In this document: one piece after another, positions 1 through 8,987 of the stretch | Position numbering within the stretch: position 1 is the first letter of the stretch | Layout: every line of letters begins with the position of its first letter | NCBI GenBank assembly: GCA_965202785.1 | Contig: OZ241855.1 | Location: forward strand, 32,001-96,000 | Source: Thermodesulfobacteriota bacterium | GTDB lineage: Bacteria; Desulfobacterota_D; UBA1144; Nemesobacterales; Nemesobacteraceae | DNA: 64,000 nt | Reading direction: 5' to 3' | The notes under the pieces: generated by a model | What the model saw: only the letters and a program-made list of their open reading frames with translations | Database searches by the model: none | Told to the model about the DNA's origin: nothing | Translations under genes and position numbers: made by a program

Positions 1-38
1 GTTAATATCAATAAAAAACCTCAAGGAGATAATAAATT

Positions 39-311
39 ATGGCTGATAGAGCTGTAACACAAACCGGTAAAGATGCAGACGGAGATATAACTAAGCTATG
101 CAATCCAGGGGAATTCTGGTCGCCCAGATCAAAACAAGATGCTATTGACGACATAGAATCGGGAAACCACACCTATTATGTGCCTTGGATTAGTGGTCGC
201 AGACAATTTAGAACGGAGATTAGAGTGGTAAACGGACCAAACGGCAAGTATCTGCGCACGAATCACGATGGAACATCCAAAAACAACCTAGACGACTTAC
301 CTAACTGTTAG
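39..311 (+). CDS. DUF3892-like small protein
   Basis: 90 aa with AAGGAG RBS. The C-terminal 'VVNGPNGKYLRTNHDGTSKNNLDDLP' matches the remembered DUF3892 signature (KYLRTxxDxxxxNNLxxLP). Confidence 0.75.
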   Translation: MADRAVTQTGKDADGDITKLCNPGEFWSPRSKQDAIDDIESGNHTYYVPWISGRRQFRTEIRVVNGPNGKYLRTNHDGTSKNNLDDLPNC

Positions 312-346
312 TCTCCTAAACGCCGACTCGCTGTAGGCAATATTAT

Positions 347-406
347 TTAAGTTTGGAATTATTATGGCTAAGGAAAGTTCGTGATCTTAAACAATTCCAA
401 ACTTAA
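347..406. repeat. 14-bp perfect inverted repeat between convergent genes (possible bidirectional terminator or mini-element)
   Basis: TTAAGTTTGGAATT (347-360) and AATTCCAAACTTAA (393-406), 32-nt spacer. Confidence 0.7.
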
Positions 407-432
407 TAAACGGGTTCCCCAATCCCCCACAA

Positions 433-2352
433 TTATTTCTGTTCAGTAAACTCGGCGTCTATCACGTCATCGCCCGAGGTGGAATTTCCCTGCTCTGGCT
501 CTGGACTTTCCTCTCCACCCTCCCCGGCACCCGCGGCGGCTTCTTCCTGCTGTTTCTTGTACATCAGTTCCGCAAGCTTGTGGGAAACGGCGGTTATTTT
601 CTCCGTCGCCTGATCAATTTTGCCCGAATCATCCGACTTAAGGGCTTCCCTTCCCTCTTCAAGGGCCTGCTCAAGCTCTTTCTTCTCATCATCGGAGAGA
701 CCATCGCCAAGCTCCTGGAAACTCTTGTCGGTTCTGTAGACAAGCTCGTCAAGCTGGTTTCTCTTCTGAACCTGCTCGCTTTTCTCCTTGTCTTTCTCAG
801 ACATCTTCTCGGCTTCATCTACCATGGAGTCGATCTCGTCGCTGCTTAACCCGCTTGAAGCTTCAACCTTGACCTTTTGTTCCTTCTGAGTCGCGTTATC
901 CTTCGCGGAAACATGGAGTATTCCGTCGGCGTCAGTGTCGAAAGTGACCTCTATCTGCGGGATTCCCCTTGCCGCCGCGGGAATTCCCGACAGGATGAAC
1001 CTGGCAAGCGTCCTGTTATCAGCCGCCATCTGCCGTTCTCCCTGCAGCACGTGGATCTCAACCGAGTTCTGGTTGTCCTCGGCCGTTGTGAAAACCTGGC
1101 TTTTCTTGGTGGGAATGGTCGTGTTTCTCTCGATTATGGTGGTCATTACCCCTCCAAGGGTTTCTATGCCCAGTGAGAGCGGTATCACGTCGAGGAGGAG
1201 CACGTCGGTTACGTCTCCGCCGAGCACGCCCGCCTGTATGGCGGCCCCCATGGCGACCACCTCGTCTGGGTTTATTCCCCTGCTCGGCTCCTTTGCGAAA
1301 AAGTCAGTCACGACTTTCTGCACAAGCGGAATCCTGGTCGATCCGCCGACCAGTATCACCTCGGCTATCTCGCCCGGGCGAAGCCCCGCATCCCTGAGAG
1401 CCTGCTCGCAGGGCTTGAGGGTGCCTTTTACGAGATCCTCTATCAGCTGCTCGAACTTGGAGCGCGTTATCTTAAGCACCAGATGCTTGGGACCGCTCGC
1501 GTCGGCCGTTATAAACGGCAGGTTTATTTCCGTCTCGACGGTGTTTGAAAGCTCGATCTTGGCCTTCTCTGCGGCTTCCCTAAGCCTCTGAACAGCCATC
1601 TTGTCCGCCCCGAGGTCTATTCCGGAATCCTTTTTAAACTCGGAGACGATGTAGTCAATGACCCTCTTGTCAAAATCGTCTCCGCCGAGGTGGGTATCAC
1701 CGTTTGTGGACTTAACCTCTATGACGTTGTTTCCGACCTCAAGCACAGATACGTCAAAAGTTCCGCCCCCAAGGTCATAGACCACTATCATGCCCTCTTT
1801 TTTCTTGTCAAACCCGTAGGCAAGCGCCGCCGCGGTCGGCTCGTTTATTATGCGCTTTACGTCAAGGCCGGCTATCTTTCCGGCATCTTTTGTGGCCTGG
1901 CGCTGGCTGTCGTTAAAATACGCGGGAACGGTGATAACGGCTTCTTGGACTTCTGAACCCAGGTAATCTTCGGCTGCCTTCTTAAGCTTCGTCAGCACGT
2001 GCGCTGAGACCTGCGGGGGAGAGTACTCTTTTCCCTCGACCTCGACCCAGGCGTCCGCTTTGCCTGATTTCACTACCTTGTAGGCAAGGCTGTCAGCTTC
2101 GCTCGATATCTCCTCGAACCTGCGGCCCATAAGCCTTTTGGTAGAGTAGACGGTGTTTTCGGGATTGGCGACGGCCTGGCGCTTTGCGGGCCCGCCGACC
2201 AGAACCTCGTCTCCGTCCTTTAGAAAAGCGACCACCGACGGGGTGGTTCTCGTGCCTTCCTCGTTGATTATCACTTTCGGTTCGCCACCCTCAACGATGG
2301 CGACGCATGAATTGGTTGTTCCAAGGTCTATTCCTATTATCTTAGAAGCCAT
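433..2352 (-). CDS. dnaK: Chaperone DnaK (Hsp70)
   Basis: [39 protein letters not shown] and C-terminal DVIDAEF motifs. Confidence 0.99.
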   Translation of the reverse strand: MASKIIGIDLGTTNSCVAIVEGGEPKVIINEEGTRTTPSVVAFLKDGDEVLVGGPAKRQAVANPENTVYSTKRLMGRRFEEISSEADSLAYKVVKSGKADAWVEVEGKEYSPPQVSAHVLTKLKKAAEDYLGSEVQEAVITVPAYFNDSQRQATKDAGKIAGLDVKRIINEPTAAALAYGFDKKKEGMIVVYDLGGGTFDVSVLEVGNNVIEVKSTNGDTHLGGDDFDKRVIDYIVSEFKKDSGIDLGADKMAVQRLREAAEKAKIELSNTVETEINLPFITADASGPKHLVLKITRSKFEQLIEDLVKGTLKPCEQALRDAGLRPGEIAEVILVGGSTRIPLVQKVVTDFFAKEPSRGINPDEVVAMGAAIQAGVLGGDVTDVLLLDVIPLSLGIETLGGVMTTIIERNTTIPTKKSQVFTTAEDNQNSVEIHVLQGERQMAADNRTLARFILSGIPAAARGIPQIEVTFDTDADGILHVSAKDNATQKEQKVKVEASSGLSSDEIDSMVDEAEKMSEKDKEKSEQVQKRNQLDELVYRTDKSFQELGDGLSDDEKKELEQALEEGREALKSDDSGKIDQATEKITAVSHKLAELMYKKQQEEAAAGAGEGGEESPEPEQGNSTSGDDVIDAEFTEQK

Positions 2353-2378
2353 TTAATTCCTCCTGGGTTTTCTTCTTG

Positions 2379-3239
2379 TTACGGATGGATTTCTAGTTTT
2401 TCGACCATATGTACCCTGAGTTTCCCTATGGACTCGGCCTGTATCTGCCTTACCCTCTCCTGGGAGACCCCGAGATCACGGGCTATTTCGTGGAGTTTTC
2501 TTGGAGGTTCAGTGAAATACCTCTCGTTTATCACTTTTCTCTGCCTCTCCGAAAGCGTCTTGAGAGCTTCGCTCAGATTCTCCCTAGCAAGGCTGTCAAA
2601 TCCGAGTTCACCGAGCACTTGCTCCTGGTTATCCGACGGGTCAGGGAGCAACTCTCCGTAAGTGGCCAAGGAGTCATCCCCCGCGGGACGCTCAGAAAGG
2701 GAGAGATCCCTTTTGGAAGCGCGAACCTGCATCTCGGAAATTTCCTCTTCCTTGACGCCGAAATGGTCGGCAAGACGGCTTATGTCGTCATCTTCCATGC
2801 AGGCGGCGGTTATCCCGAGTTTTCGCTTTGCCCCTTCTATTCTCTGGAAAAGCTTTCTCTGGGACTGCGTGGTTCCGATCTTCACGTTGCTCCAGAACTT
2901 CATTATGTGGTTCTGAATCCTTACCCTGATCCACCACACCGCGTAGGATATGAGCCTGTAGCCCTTGTAGGGATTGAATTTCTGAACGGCGCGCATGAGC
3001 CCTATCGAACCTTCCTGGACAAGGTCCATCATCGGAAAACCGTAAGATCTGTATTCAGAAGCGATTCTCACCACGAACCTTAGGTTTGACACCACGAGCT
3101 TGTTGGCCGCCTCAAGATCTTCGTTTTCGTAATATCTGACCGCAAGCGCGTGCTCTTCCTCTTTTGAGAGAAGCGGATGTTTTTCCATCTCTCGCATGAA
3201 AACTGAAAGAGAATCGCACGTTGCGACTGCCGTTTGCAT
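2379..3239 (-). CDS. rpoH: RNA polymerase sigma-32 factor
   Basis: Sigma70 region 2 (DLVQEGSIGLMRAV, YAVWWI), RpoH box 'VKIGTTQSQRKLF', region 4 'GVSQERVRQI'. Directly upstream of dnaK. Confidence 0.93.
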   Translation of the reverse strand: MQTAVATCDSLSVFMREMEKHPLLSKEEEHALAVRYYENEDLEAANKLVVSNLRFVVRIASEYRSYGFPMMDLVQEGSIGLMRAVQKFNPYKGYRLISYAVWWIRVRIQNHIMKFWSNVKIGTTQSQRKLFQRIEGAKRKLGITAACMEDDDISRLADHFGVKEEEISEMQVRASKRDLSLSERPAGDDSLATYGELLPDPSDNQEQVLGELGFDSLARENLSEALKTLSERQRKVINERYFTEPPRKLHEIARDLGVSQERVRQIQAESIGKLRVHMVEKLEIHP

Positions 3240-3261
3240 CTAACATGTACCTCCAATTCTC

Positions 3262-3289
3262 AAGCTAATCATCAGAAGGGTTATGTCAA
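3262..3289 (-). promoter_or_regulatory. Putative sigma70 promoter of rpoH-dnaK
   Basis: Minus strand TTGACA-N16-TAGCTT upstream of the GGAGG RBS. Confidence 0.45.
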
Positions 3290-3424
3290 GGTTTCAGAGT
3301 AAAATAAAGGGATAGAAGATGAAGGTAGAAAACAGATTAGATTATTATCGTAGTTTCCTAAAATAAATTAGTTTCTTTCGCTATCCTAGACCTAGTGCCT
3401 GCAGAGCGTCAGTCTTAAAAAGCC

Positions 3425-3444
3425 GGAATTATCCAGTTAACTAG
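3425..3444 (+). repeat. Copy of recurrent terminal-repeat-like motif
   Basis: GGAATTATCCAGTTAACTAG; 16/20 identical to 11971-11990; lies at the left edge of the AT-rich island. Confidence 0.6.
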
Positions 3445-3516
3445 ACAACCTTTCTTTCACTACCTTAAGGGTTTACCTCTTGTGACAACATTCTATAATA
3501 TACAGAAGGGGGAATA

Positions 3517-3957
3517 ATGCGAACAGAAAAAGAACAAAGAGAGTGGCTTTATGAGATACATATTAAAGAGAATCACGAAAGGTACAGATACAATATCCAA
3601 AGCTACGATAAATCAATACTGACTTTATCATCTACCAGCTTAGGGTTTTCTCTTCTAGCTATTAAATATATCGTCCCACTAGAGTATGCGTCTTACAAAT
3701 TCCTTTTAGTCATCGGTTGGGTGTTGTTAGTATTTAGTATTTTTTGCTCATTGTTTGCTTATATGGTTGCTAACAAGTCTCTTGAGGAGGCCGGAAGAAA
3801 CATAACGGATGGATATTTGCACAATGTGCGAGGAGCGCTTACTAGAAAAGTTTCATACGTTAGATATAACGACCTACTTAACTACGCAACAGGTGCATCT
3901 TTTTTTGTGGCGGTAGTAGTTATTCTATTGTTTGTAATTCTAAATCTTCCGACCTAA
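3517..3957 (+). CDS. Hypothetical membrane protein (about 3 TM)
   Basis: 146 aa with RBS and three hydrophobic segments. Confidence 0.7.
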   Translation: MRTEKEQREWLYEIHIKENHERYRYNIQSYDKSILTLSSTSLGFSLLAIKYIVPLEYASYKFLLVIGWVLLVFSIFCSLFAYMVANKSLEEAGRNITDGYLHNVRGALTRKVSYVRYNDLLNYATGASFFVAVVVILLFVILNLPT

Positions 3958-4115
3958 TCGGAACTGTCACCTGTATCGCTTGGTGCCTCTGGTGTTGGTT
4001 CTGGCGTCGGTTCACTATCTACGGTTGGTGTTTGTTGTGGCTTCATTGAACGGTTTATATCAGGTCCGGGGGTATCCACTTTTGGTTGTGGGGACTGGGA
4101 TTTGTCTTTACTCAT
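3954..4115 (-). CDS. Small Pro/Thr-rich low-complexity protein
   Basis: Strong GAAGGAGGA RBS before ATG 4115 (MSKDKSQSPQP...EPTPEPTPEAP). Stop overlaps the convergent gene by 4 nt. Confidence 0.5.
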   Translation of the reverse strand: MSKDKSQSPQPKVDTPGPDINRSMKPQQTPTVDSEPTPEPTPEAPSDTGDSSD

Positions 4116-4222
4116 TGTAGTTGTAGTTCCTCCTTCTTTTTCAACTAAAACTTTCTTATCGATTCTCTTGAACTCTAGAGTATAGAGTAATATACAATAC
4201 GAAAGAATCAACGATGAGAAAA

Positions 4223-4243
4223 GGGCATAATATACTTAACTAA
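4223..4243 (+). repeat. Copy of recurrent terminal-repeat-like motif
   Basis: GGGCATAATATACTTAACTAA; 17/21 identical to 11970-11990. Confidence 0.6.
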
Positions 4244-4270
4244 GATGAACACTAGATATAGAACGAGGGT

Positions 4271-4669
4271 ATGGACTTTGCCAGAGCTTCCTTTATCATC
4301 ATCGCCGAGTATTTTTGGATCGGAGTCGGAGAAGAAATGTTCCCAGATTGGCCTCTAGAAATTCGGACTGCAGGAGCAATCATTTCCAGCATTATAGCTA
4401 TATATCTCTGGCGCCAAGAGTTGCTGGAAATCTTTCAATCTCTTTATCCGCAAAAACCTAAGAAGAAATCACTCCGTTTAGGTCTCGCGAGGATAGCCGC
4501 TCTTGCAAACAGAATTGAGCGAAACCAAGCCACCATGGAAGAGGAGGAGAAATATCACGCATACCTCACCAGTCCTTTTTATCAGGCATGGTTCCAAGAG
4601 TACGACCCCGGAAATTACAAGGAAATTGCGCAGAGAGCTCGCTTTGCGGGGGCAACGTTTCTTTTTTAA
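4271..4669 (+). CDS. Hypothetical membrane-anchored protein
   Basis: 132 aa, GAGGG RBS, N-terminal hydrophobic segments. Confidence 0.55.
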   Translation: MDFARASFIIIAEYFWIGVGEEMFPDWPLEIRTAGAIISSIIAIYLWRQELLEIFQSLYPQKPKKKSLRLGLARIAALANRIERNQATMEEEEKYHAYLTSPFYQAWFQEYDPGNYKEIAQRARFAGATFLF

Positions 4670-4875
4670 TCGTGCTTCTTGCCCAAGGCTATAAGCCAAG
4701 CGAGCGAGAAAACGCCGAAGAAAAAACCTAGTATCGCCCATTTCCAGTTGCTTCGCTTGAACCGATTGGCAATGACAACATGCAATCCTACAAAGAATAT
4801 GTTCCAAAGAATCCACCAGAAAAATATACCGCCTGCATACACAGCCAATAACGCATCAACTTCTGAATCGCTCAT
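4666..4875 (-). CDS. Small 2-TM membrane protein
   Basis: 69 aa, AGGAG RBS. The 'IANRFKRSNWKWAILGFFFGVFSLAWL' pattern is typical of small phage/island membrane proteins. Confidence 0.7.
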   Translation of the reverse strand: MSDSEVDALLAVYAGGIFFWWILWNIFFVGLHVVIANRFKRSNWKWAILGFFFGVFSLAWLIALGKKHD

Positions 4876-4895
4876 ATCTCTTTCTCCTGTAAGGG

Positions 4896-5034
4896 GGTCT
4901 AAGTGACGCCGGGAACATCGGGCACGTGGGTGCCAGGTCCTGTTGACTCCAACGAGATGTTGAGGTTTCGTTTGTTTCCCGGATGGGTGTTTTATTCCGC
5001 GAAAAACCCAACGGAGCAGGCTCTCATTAGAACC
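4896..5034 (-). ncRNA. Candidate structured RNA / 5' leader (multi-branch)
   Basis: Closing stem 5034-5024 with 4906-4896, inner stem CCGGGAA/TTCCCGG (4982-4976 with 4915-4909), hairpins GGCAC-CCAC-GTGCC, CAAC-ATCTC-GTTG and TGGG...CCCA. Extended -10 TGCTATAAT at 5053-5045. Confidence 0.45.
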
Positions 5035-5135
5035 AACACGTCCGATTATAGCACACCTTCGCTTTAATGACTATAATCTAAAGCAATCTTTTTTTGGAAA
5101 AGCGTTCTTTCATGTGTTTTCTCCTGTTTTTGCTA

Positions 5136-5182
5136 GTGCTTTATATACATAACTAGGCATCGTTGAATTCATCCACACATTT
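5136..5182 (+). repeat. Extended degenerate copy of 11970-12016
   Basis: GTGCTTTATATACATAACTAGGCATCGTTGAATTCATCCACACATTT aligns without gaps to GGGAATTATACACATAACTAAACACCATTGAGTTCATCCACACGTTT. Confidence 0.7.
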
Positions 5183-5303
5183 AAATGTTCGTCCGCTCAT
5201 ATGAGAATATTCCTTTGACTAATCATGTGCCAAGCTTTTTTATGTCCTGGCAAGAAGAAACAAGTAAACTTAGGTCATTCCGTATATTGCATATTCCTAC
5301 TGA

Positions 5304-5349
5304 AAAGGGACACCTGTTCCGAGGATAAAGGGACAGGTGTCCCTTTATC
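5304..5349. repeat. REP-like nested palindrome
   Basis: AAAGGGACACCTGT (5304-5317) pairs with ACAGGTGTCCCTTT (5333-5346). Alternative palindrome GATAAAGGGACA-GG-TGTCCCTTTATC (5324-5349). Confidence 0.7.
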
Positions 5350-5610
5350 TTGGAATAAGCAATTTTGCTCCTTCCAGAGGCATTTGAAAGGTCGGAGTCC
5401 CTTCATCCTCTAAAAAACAAAAGATGATTGCATTATCAAATCATTTTCAAACTATAGCTATGTTCGATGCGTTTGATCTTGAAAGGACTTGTTAGTACTA
5501 TCTTTATTATGAGGATGATCTTAAAACTTGTTGTGTGTTACACTTATGGGGCCTGAATCCTTGTTCAAACACAAGAAAGTAGTGGTACTACAATATACAA
5601 GGAGCAAAAG

Positions 5611-6006
5611 ATGAATAGGATTTGCATTGCCTTAGCTTTTTGTTTGATGGTTTGTGTTTTGCCAGCAAAAGCGAACAGCATCAGTTTTGAATTTGTAGAT
5701 AGCAAGTTTGGAAGTGATAGCAGTTGGACCAACCTGCGGAAGAAGGAAGAGTGGAAGAAGTATAAGGGAAAATGTGTTGAATGGACAGGGAAATTGGTAT
5801 ATCTGGATGAGGCGTGGGGGAAAATTTCTCTCGGATTTAAACACAAAGATCTCACGTGGACCTATGATGTTTTGGTCTCTGCACCAAAGTCTTACAAGCA
5901 ACATGCTCTAACTATGGAACAGGGCTCTTTCTATAATTACAAAATGAGGCTTGATGGATATGCTGGTGCTATTTTGCCAATTACAGGTGACTTGGGATGT
6001 GACTAA
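5611..6006 (+). CDS. Exported hypothetical protein, probable OB-fold
   Basis: Signal peptide ending in AKA. 'KYKGKCVEWTGKLV' resembles exported OB-fold proteins. Confidence 0.65.
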   Translation: MNRICIALAFCLMVCVLPAKANSISFEFVDSKFGSDSSWTNLRKKEEWKKYKGKCVEWTGKLVYLDEAWGKISLGFKHKDLTWTYDVLVSAPKSYKQHALTMEQGSFYNYKMRLDGYAGAILPITGDLGCD

Positions 6007-6055
6007 CCTGAATCGTACTCGAGGAAAAAGCAAGGACACATAACCCATAAAAATT

Positions 6056-7480
6056 ATGCATGCCTCCCAATATTTCAAAATTACCAGAGGACCGGATGAC
6101 GATTGGTTTGATCCAATCCTCAATGCCGATACCAAGCTTTTTGTTGACCCATTTCTGATTTTTAAGGAAAAGACTGGCGCATGGACCGATGCCCATGACA
6201 TTATCATAAAGCACTTTGACCAAGCATTTATGTTGATAGCCAAAGGAAACCTGAAGAGGCAAAGTCTTGCCTATAGAAAAGCCTTGGATCTACTTGTGTT
6301 TCGCGAACCTAAGGAATTGTGCTTGGGTTATACAGGATCAGGCACGGCCGGAGCAGGCAGCGGTCGCGGCTTCGCACAAAAAATCGGGAGAGCAATTGAA
6401 AATGCCATTAACAGGGGAGTGATGCACCTACGGCACTTTGAAGAGCTCGGGATCTTCGAACTTGGGATTGGGGCGGACCGAATTTCTGATATTGCCTGTA
6501 CTATCCTTAAGAGACGGTTAATAGAATATACTCAGGACATTGCAAAACGCCATGGTGTTCCGCTGGATGAACACAGGATTTTTGCATCTGGTTTTGACCA
6601 GTGTAGGTTGCGCTGGATTACAGAAACTGTAAAGTTGCCAACAAATCCTACTAATGCCGATCCCCTATTACTTGTTCCCGGAAGATTTCTGAGAAAGCTG
6701 CCTGTATTGAATTCAGACGATTGGTGGGAAGACTGGGAAAACGAACGGCTCAGGACCGACCTTAACTATGAAGTCATGAGAAACGTCAACAAGAGCAAAA
6801 TTGTTGCCACTGCAAAAGCCTACCCCGAAGCTGTCCAAGAATGGATTGAACAGAAAGAACAGAAATCCGCCGAGCCCTACGATTTCGATGCTGATTCAGA
6901 GGGTGTGTCTAAGTGGGTTAGCTCTACAGAGGAATTTGCGAATCAACATCCGATTCATTTCAAAAAGATCAGTTCGGAAGAACAATTCCTGGATGTAATT
7001 AGAAAAATAATTGAACAGTTCAAGCTATTCGTTGAGGAGAAAGGCGGATGGTCTTTGCTCTGGGATAGTCAAAGTGATAAGGAAAAACCAGAGAATGCTG
7101 CTCAACTACTTTTTAGAGGAATTGGAGAACACTATTGTCGCGCTAACAATATTTCAATGGACCGAGAAGTTAATTTTGGTAGAGGTCCCGTAGACTTTAA
7201 ATTCTCAAGCGGTTATAAATTTCGCGCGCACCTCGAAGTCAAAAAATTGCATAGTGGTCGATTCTGGAATGGTCTTGAGGACCAACTTCCCTCCTATATG
7301 AACAGCGATGAAGTAAATGTTGGGTGGTTTCTCGCGATAAGATATCGGGAAGGCGAAAAGTGGGATAAAAGACAGCGGGAACTATCAAGCAGAGTGGCTG
7401 CCGTACGCAAGCAAAAAGGGTTAGCTGTCAACTTCGATGTAGTTGATGCATGCCGACCGGTTTCTGCTTCGAACTTGTAG
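6056..7480 (+). CDS. Hypothetical protein with C-terminal PD-(D/E)XK restriction-like nuclease domain
   Basis: 'KPENAAQLLF...REVNFGRGPVDFKFS...AHLEVKK' fits the E..PD..ExK catalytic pattern; 474 aa. Confidence 0.75.
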   Translation: MHASQYFKITRGPDDDWFDPILNADTKLFVDPFLIFKEKTGAWTDAHDIIIKHFDQAFMLIAKGNLKRQSLAYRKALDLLVFREPKELCLGYTGSGTAGAGSGRGFAQKIGRAIENAINRGVMHLRHFEELGIFELGIGADRISDIACTILKRRLIEYTQDIAKRHGVPLDEHRIFASGFDQCRLRWITETVKLPTNPTNADPLLLVPGRFLRKLPVLNSDDWWEDWENERLRTDLNYEVMRNVNKSKIVATAKAYPEAVQEWIEQKEQKSAEPYDFDADSEGVSKWVSSTEEFANQHPIHFKKISSEEQFLDVIRKIIEQFKLFVEEKGGWSLLWDSQSDKEKPENAAQLLFRGIGEHYCRANNISMDREVNFGRGPVDFKFSSGYKFRAHLEVKKLHSGRFWNGLEDQLPSYMNSDEVNVGWFLAIRYREGEKWDKRQRELSSRVAAVRKQKGLAVNFDVVDACRPVSASNL

Positions 7481-7548
7481 ATTTTTTCAATATTATACGT
7501 GGAGACTATATATGTCGAGCATCAGTAGCCCTACTGACACAGGATTAA

Positions 7549-8673
7549 TTAGTCCTCGGCCCACTCCTCGTATTCCTCAATAATCGAATCGTTCATGTGC
7601 ACAAGATGAGAAGTATCTCCAAGGCTTTTAATGGAGTTGTAGGATAGAAAAGTACACTTCTCGTATAGCGGACCTCGTTCAAGCAATGAGAATACGGGAC
7701 GTCTGATTTCCCGCAGCACCTTTTCTCGTTTTTCATCCGGTGCAACTATATGGAGGCGAATATCCATATTGGGTTGGAGCGCAAGGAGGTCAGCCATACG
7801 CAGCAAACCGGAATACACGGCTGTGGTATGTTCAACTTCAAAGGCCCTAGCCATCGAACGGCCTTTCAACCAGATTACGTCTATCTGTTCAATTGTACGA
7901 AGCGTCGTGTCATCGTAGTTTATGGGTAGCATATCTAGAAAAAGCGGTTTTTCGTCATCCGAAACATGGTCGAGTACTCGAGCTTTGTCGTTTCGGGGCA
8001 CCCATATCTGAAACCCCATTTTAATTCCAATTTTGGCGACTTTTGCTTGCATTAGATGTGACTGCCGACCCTCCGAAGTGGTAGCTTCAACATCCGTGTT
8101 GACATCGTCATAACCATCTTCATCATCCTCCGGTACATCGACTGATATTTCACCACCGGGTGTCCGGACTTTGAAAACTTTCGCCAGTTCCCGGCGGTCC
8201 TTATCCGTGAGAGGATATTCACTCTGTTCCTCTTTCTGCTTTTCCAGTTGAGACAACAAGAATTCGCCGTCAGAGTCTTCTATTTTACGTAGAGAGGAGC
8301 GGAAATTGATGGCCCAGCCTCGACTACCTTTGTCTATGCCTTTTGTTTCGGAGAGACCATCCCAAATTCTGTCGTCTAAGATCGGCAGCGAAAACTCCGG
8401 ATCTAGAAGGACCACTGGTTCAACCTTGAACCGAATCACAAAGGGGTCAGGTTTCTGGAAAATCGGTTTTTCATCCTGAAAAGCTGGAGAGACAATACGG
8501 AGGACCCCACACCATCGGGACAATCGAACCATATAACAGAGAAAAATATCTCCTTCCTTAATATGGTCTTGGGCCACGCGACGTTGCCGGTGTCGAAATC
8601 CACTGATATCGGCTCCATGCTCGCGAAAAGCGGACCATGTCTCAGGTGTGAACAAATTAAGAAAGTACGACAT
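7549..8673 (-). CDS. EVE (PUA-like) domain fused to PD-(D/E)XK nuclease; candidate modification-dependent restriction enzyme
   Basis: N-terminal 'YFLNLFTPETW...IKEGDIFLCY' EVE pattern, acidic linker, C-terminal 'IDVIWL...RAFEVEHTT'. Confidence 0.8.
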   Translation of the reverse strand: MSYFLNLFTPETWSAFREHGADISGFRHRQRRVAQDHIKEGDIFLCYMVRLSRWCGVLRIVSPAFQDEKPIFQKPDPFVIRFKVEPVVLLDPEFSLPILDDRIWDGLSETKGIDKGSRGWAINFRSSLRKIEDSDGEFLLSQLEKQKEEQSEYPLTDKDRRELAKVFKVRTPGGEISVDVPEDDEDGYDDVNTDVEATTSEGRQSHLMQAKVAKIGIKMGFQIWVPRNDKARVLDHVSDDEKPLFLDMLPINYDDTTLRTIEQIDVIWLKGRSMARAFEVEHTTAVYSGLLRMADLLALQPNMDIRLHIVAPDEKREKVLREIRRPVFSLLERGPLYEKCTFLSYNSIKSLGDTSHLVHMNDSIIEEYEEWAED

Positions 8674-8987
8674 AGGCTCAAGCTATCATGTACAAAACAA
8701 TCAGTCAATATGGCGGTGAGTGATAGCAAACAAGAGAAAAGGAACCAAAGGGTTTTTCCCACTGTTTATATGTGGGTAACGGAACAAAGCCACCTACTTG
8801 CAATAGCTAACATATAAAATTAGGGACTATCCCTTTTTTTGTCTCATGCTTGTTTCTTTCAAGTACTATCCGTAATCGCAGTAACATCTCAGTACTGTAG
8901 AAACGCGGCTTAGAGTCCACGAACGGGGCTGGAAGTTTGCCTCTTTACTTGTATCGGTTCACGCATTATAACCGTTTTTATTGTAGG

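Noticed and set aside
3240-3420. CIRCE/HrcA operator upstream of rpoH-dnaK
   Set aside because: No TTAGCACTC-N9-GAGTGCTAA match was found by eye.
4896-5034. Retron msr-msd or tRNA
   Set aside because: There is no reverse transcriptase in the window, and no T-loop/anticodon geometry or CCA.
3425-5182. CRISPR array or integron attC array as the explanation of the repeated motif
   Set aside because: The spacing is 0.8-0.9 kb, not 30-40 bp. The motif is not a palindromic RYYYAAC...GTTRRRY site, and no cas or intI gene is in the window.
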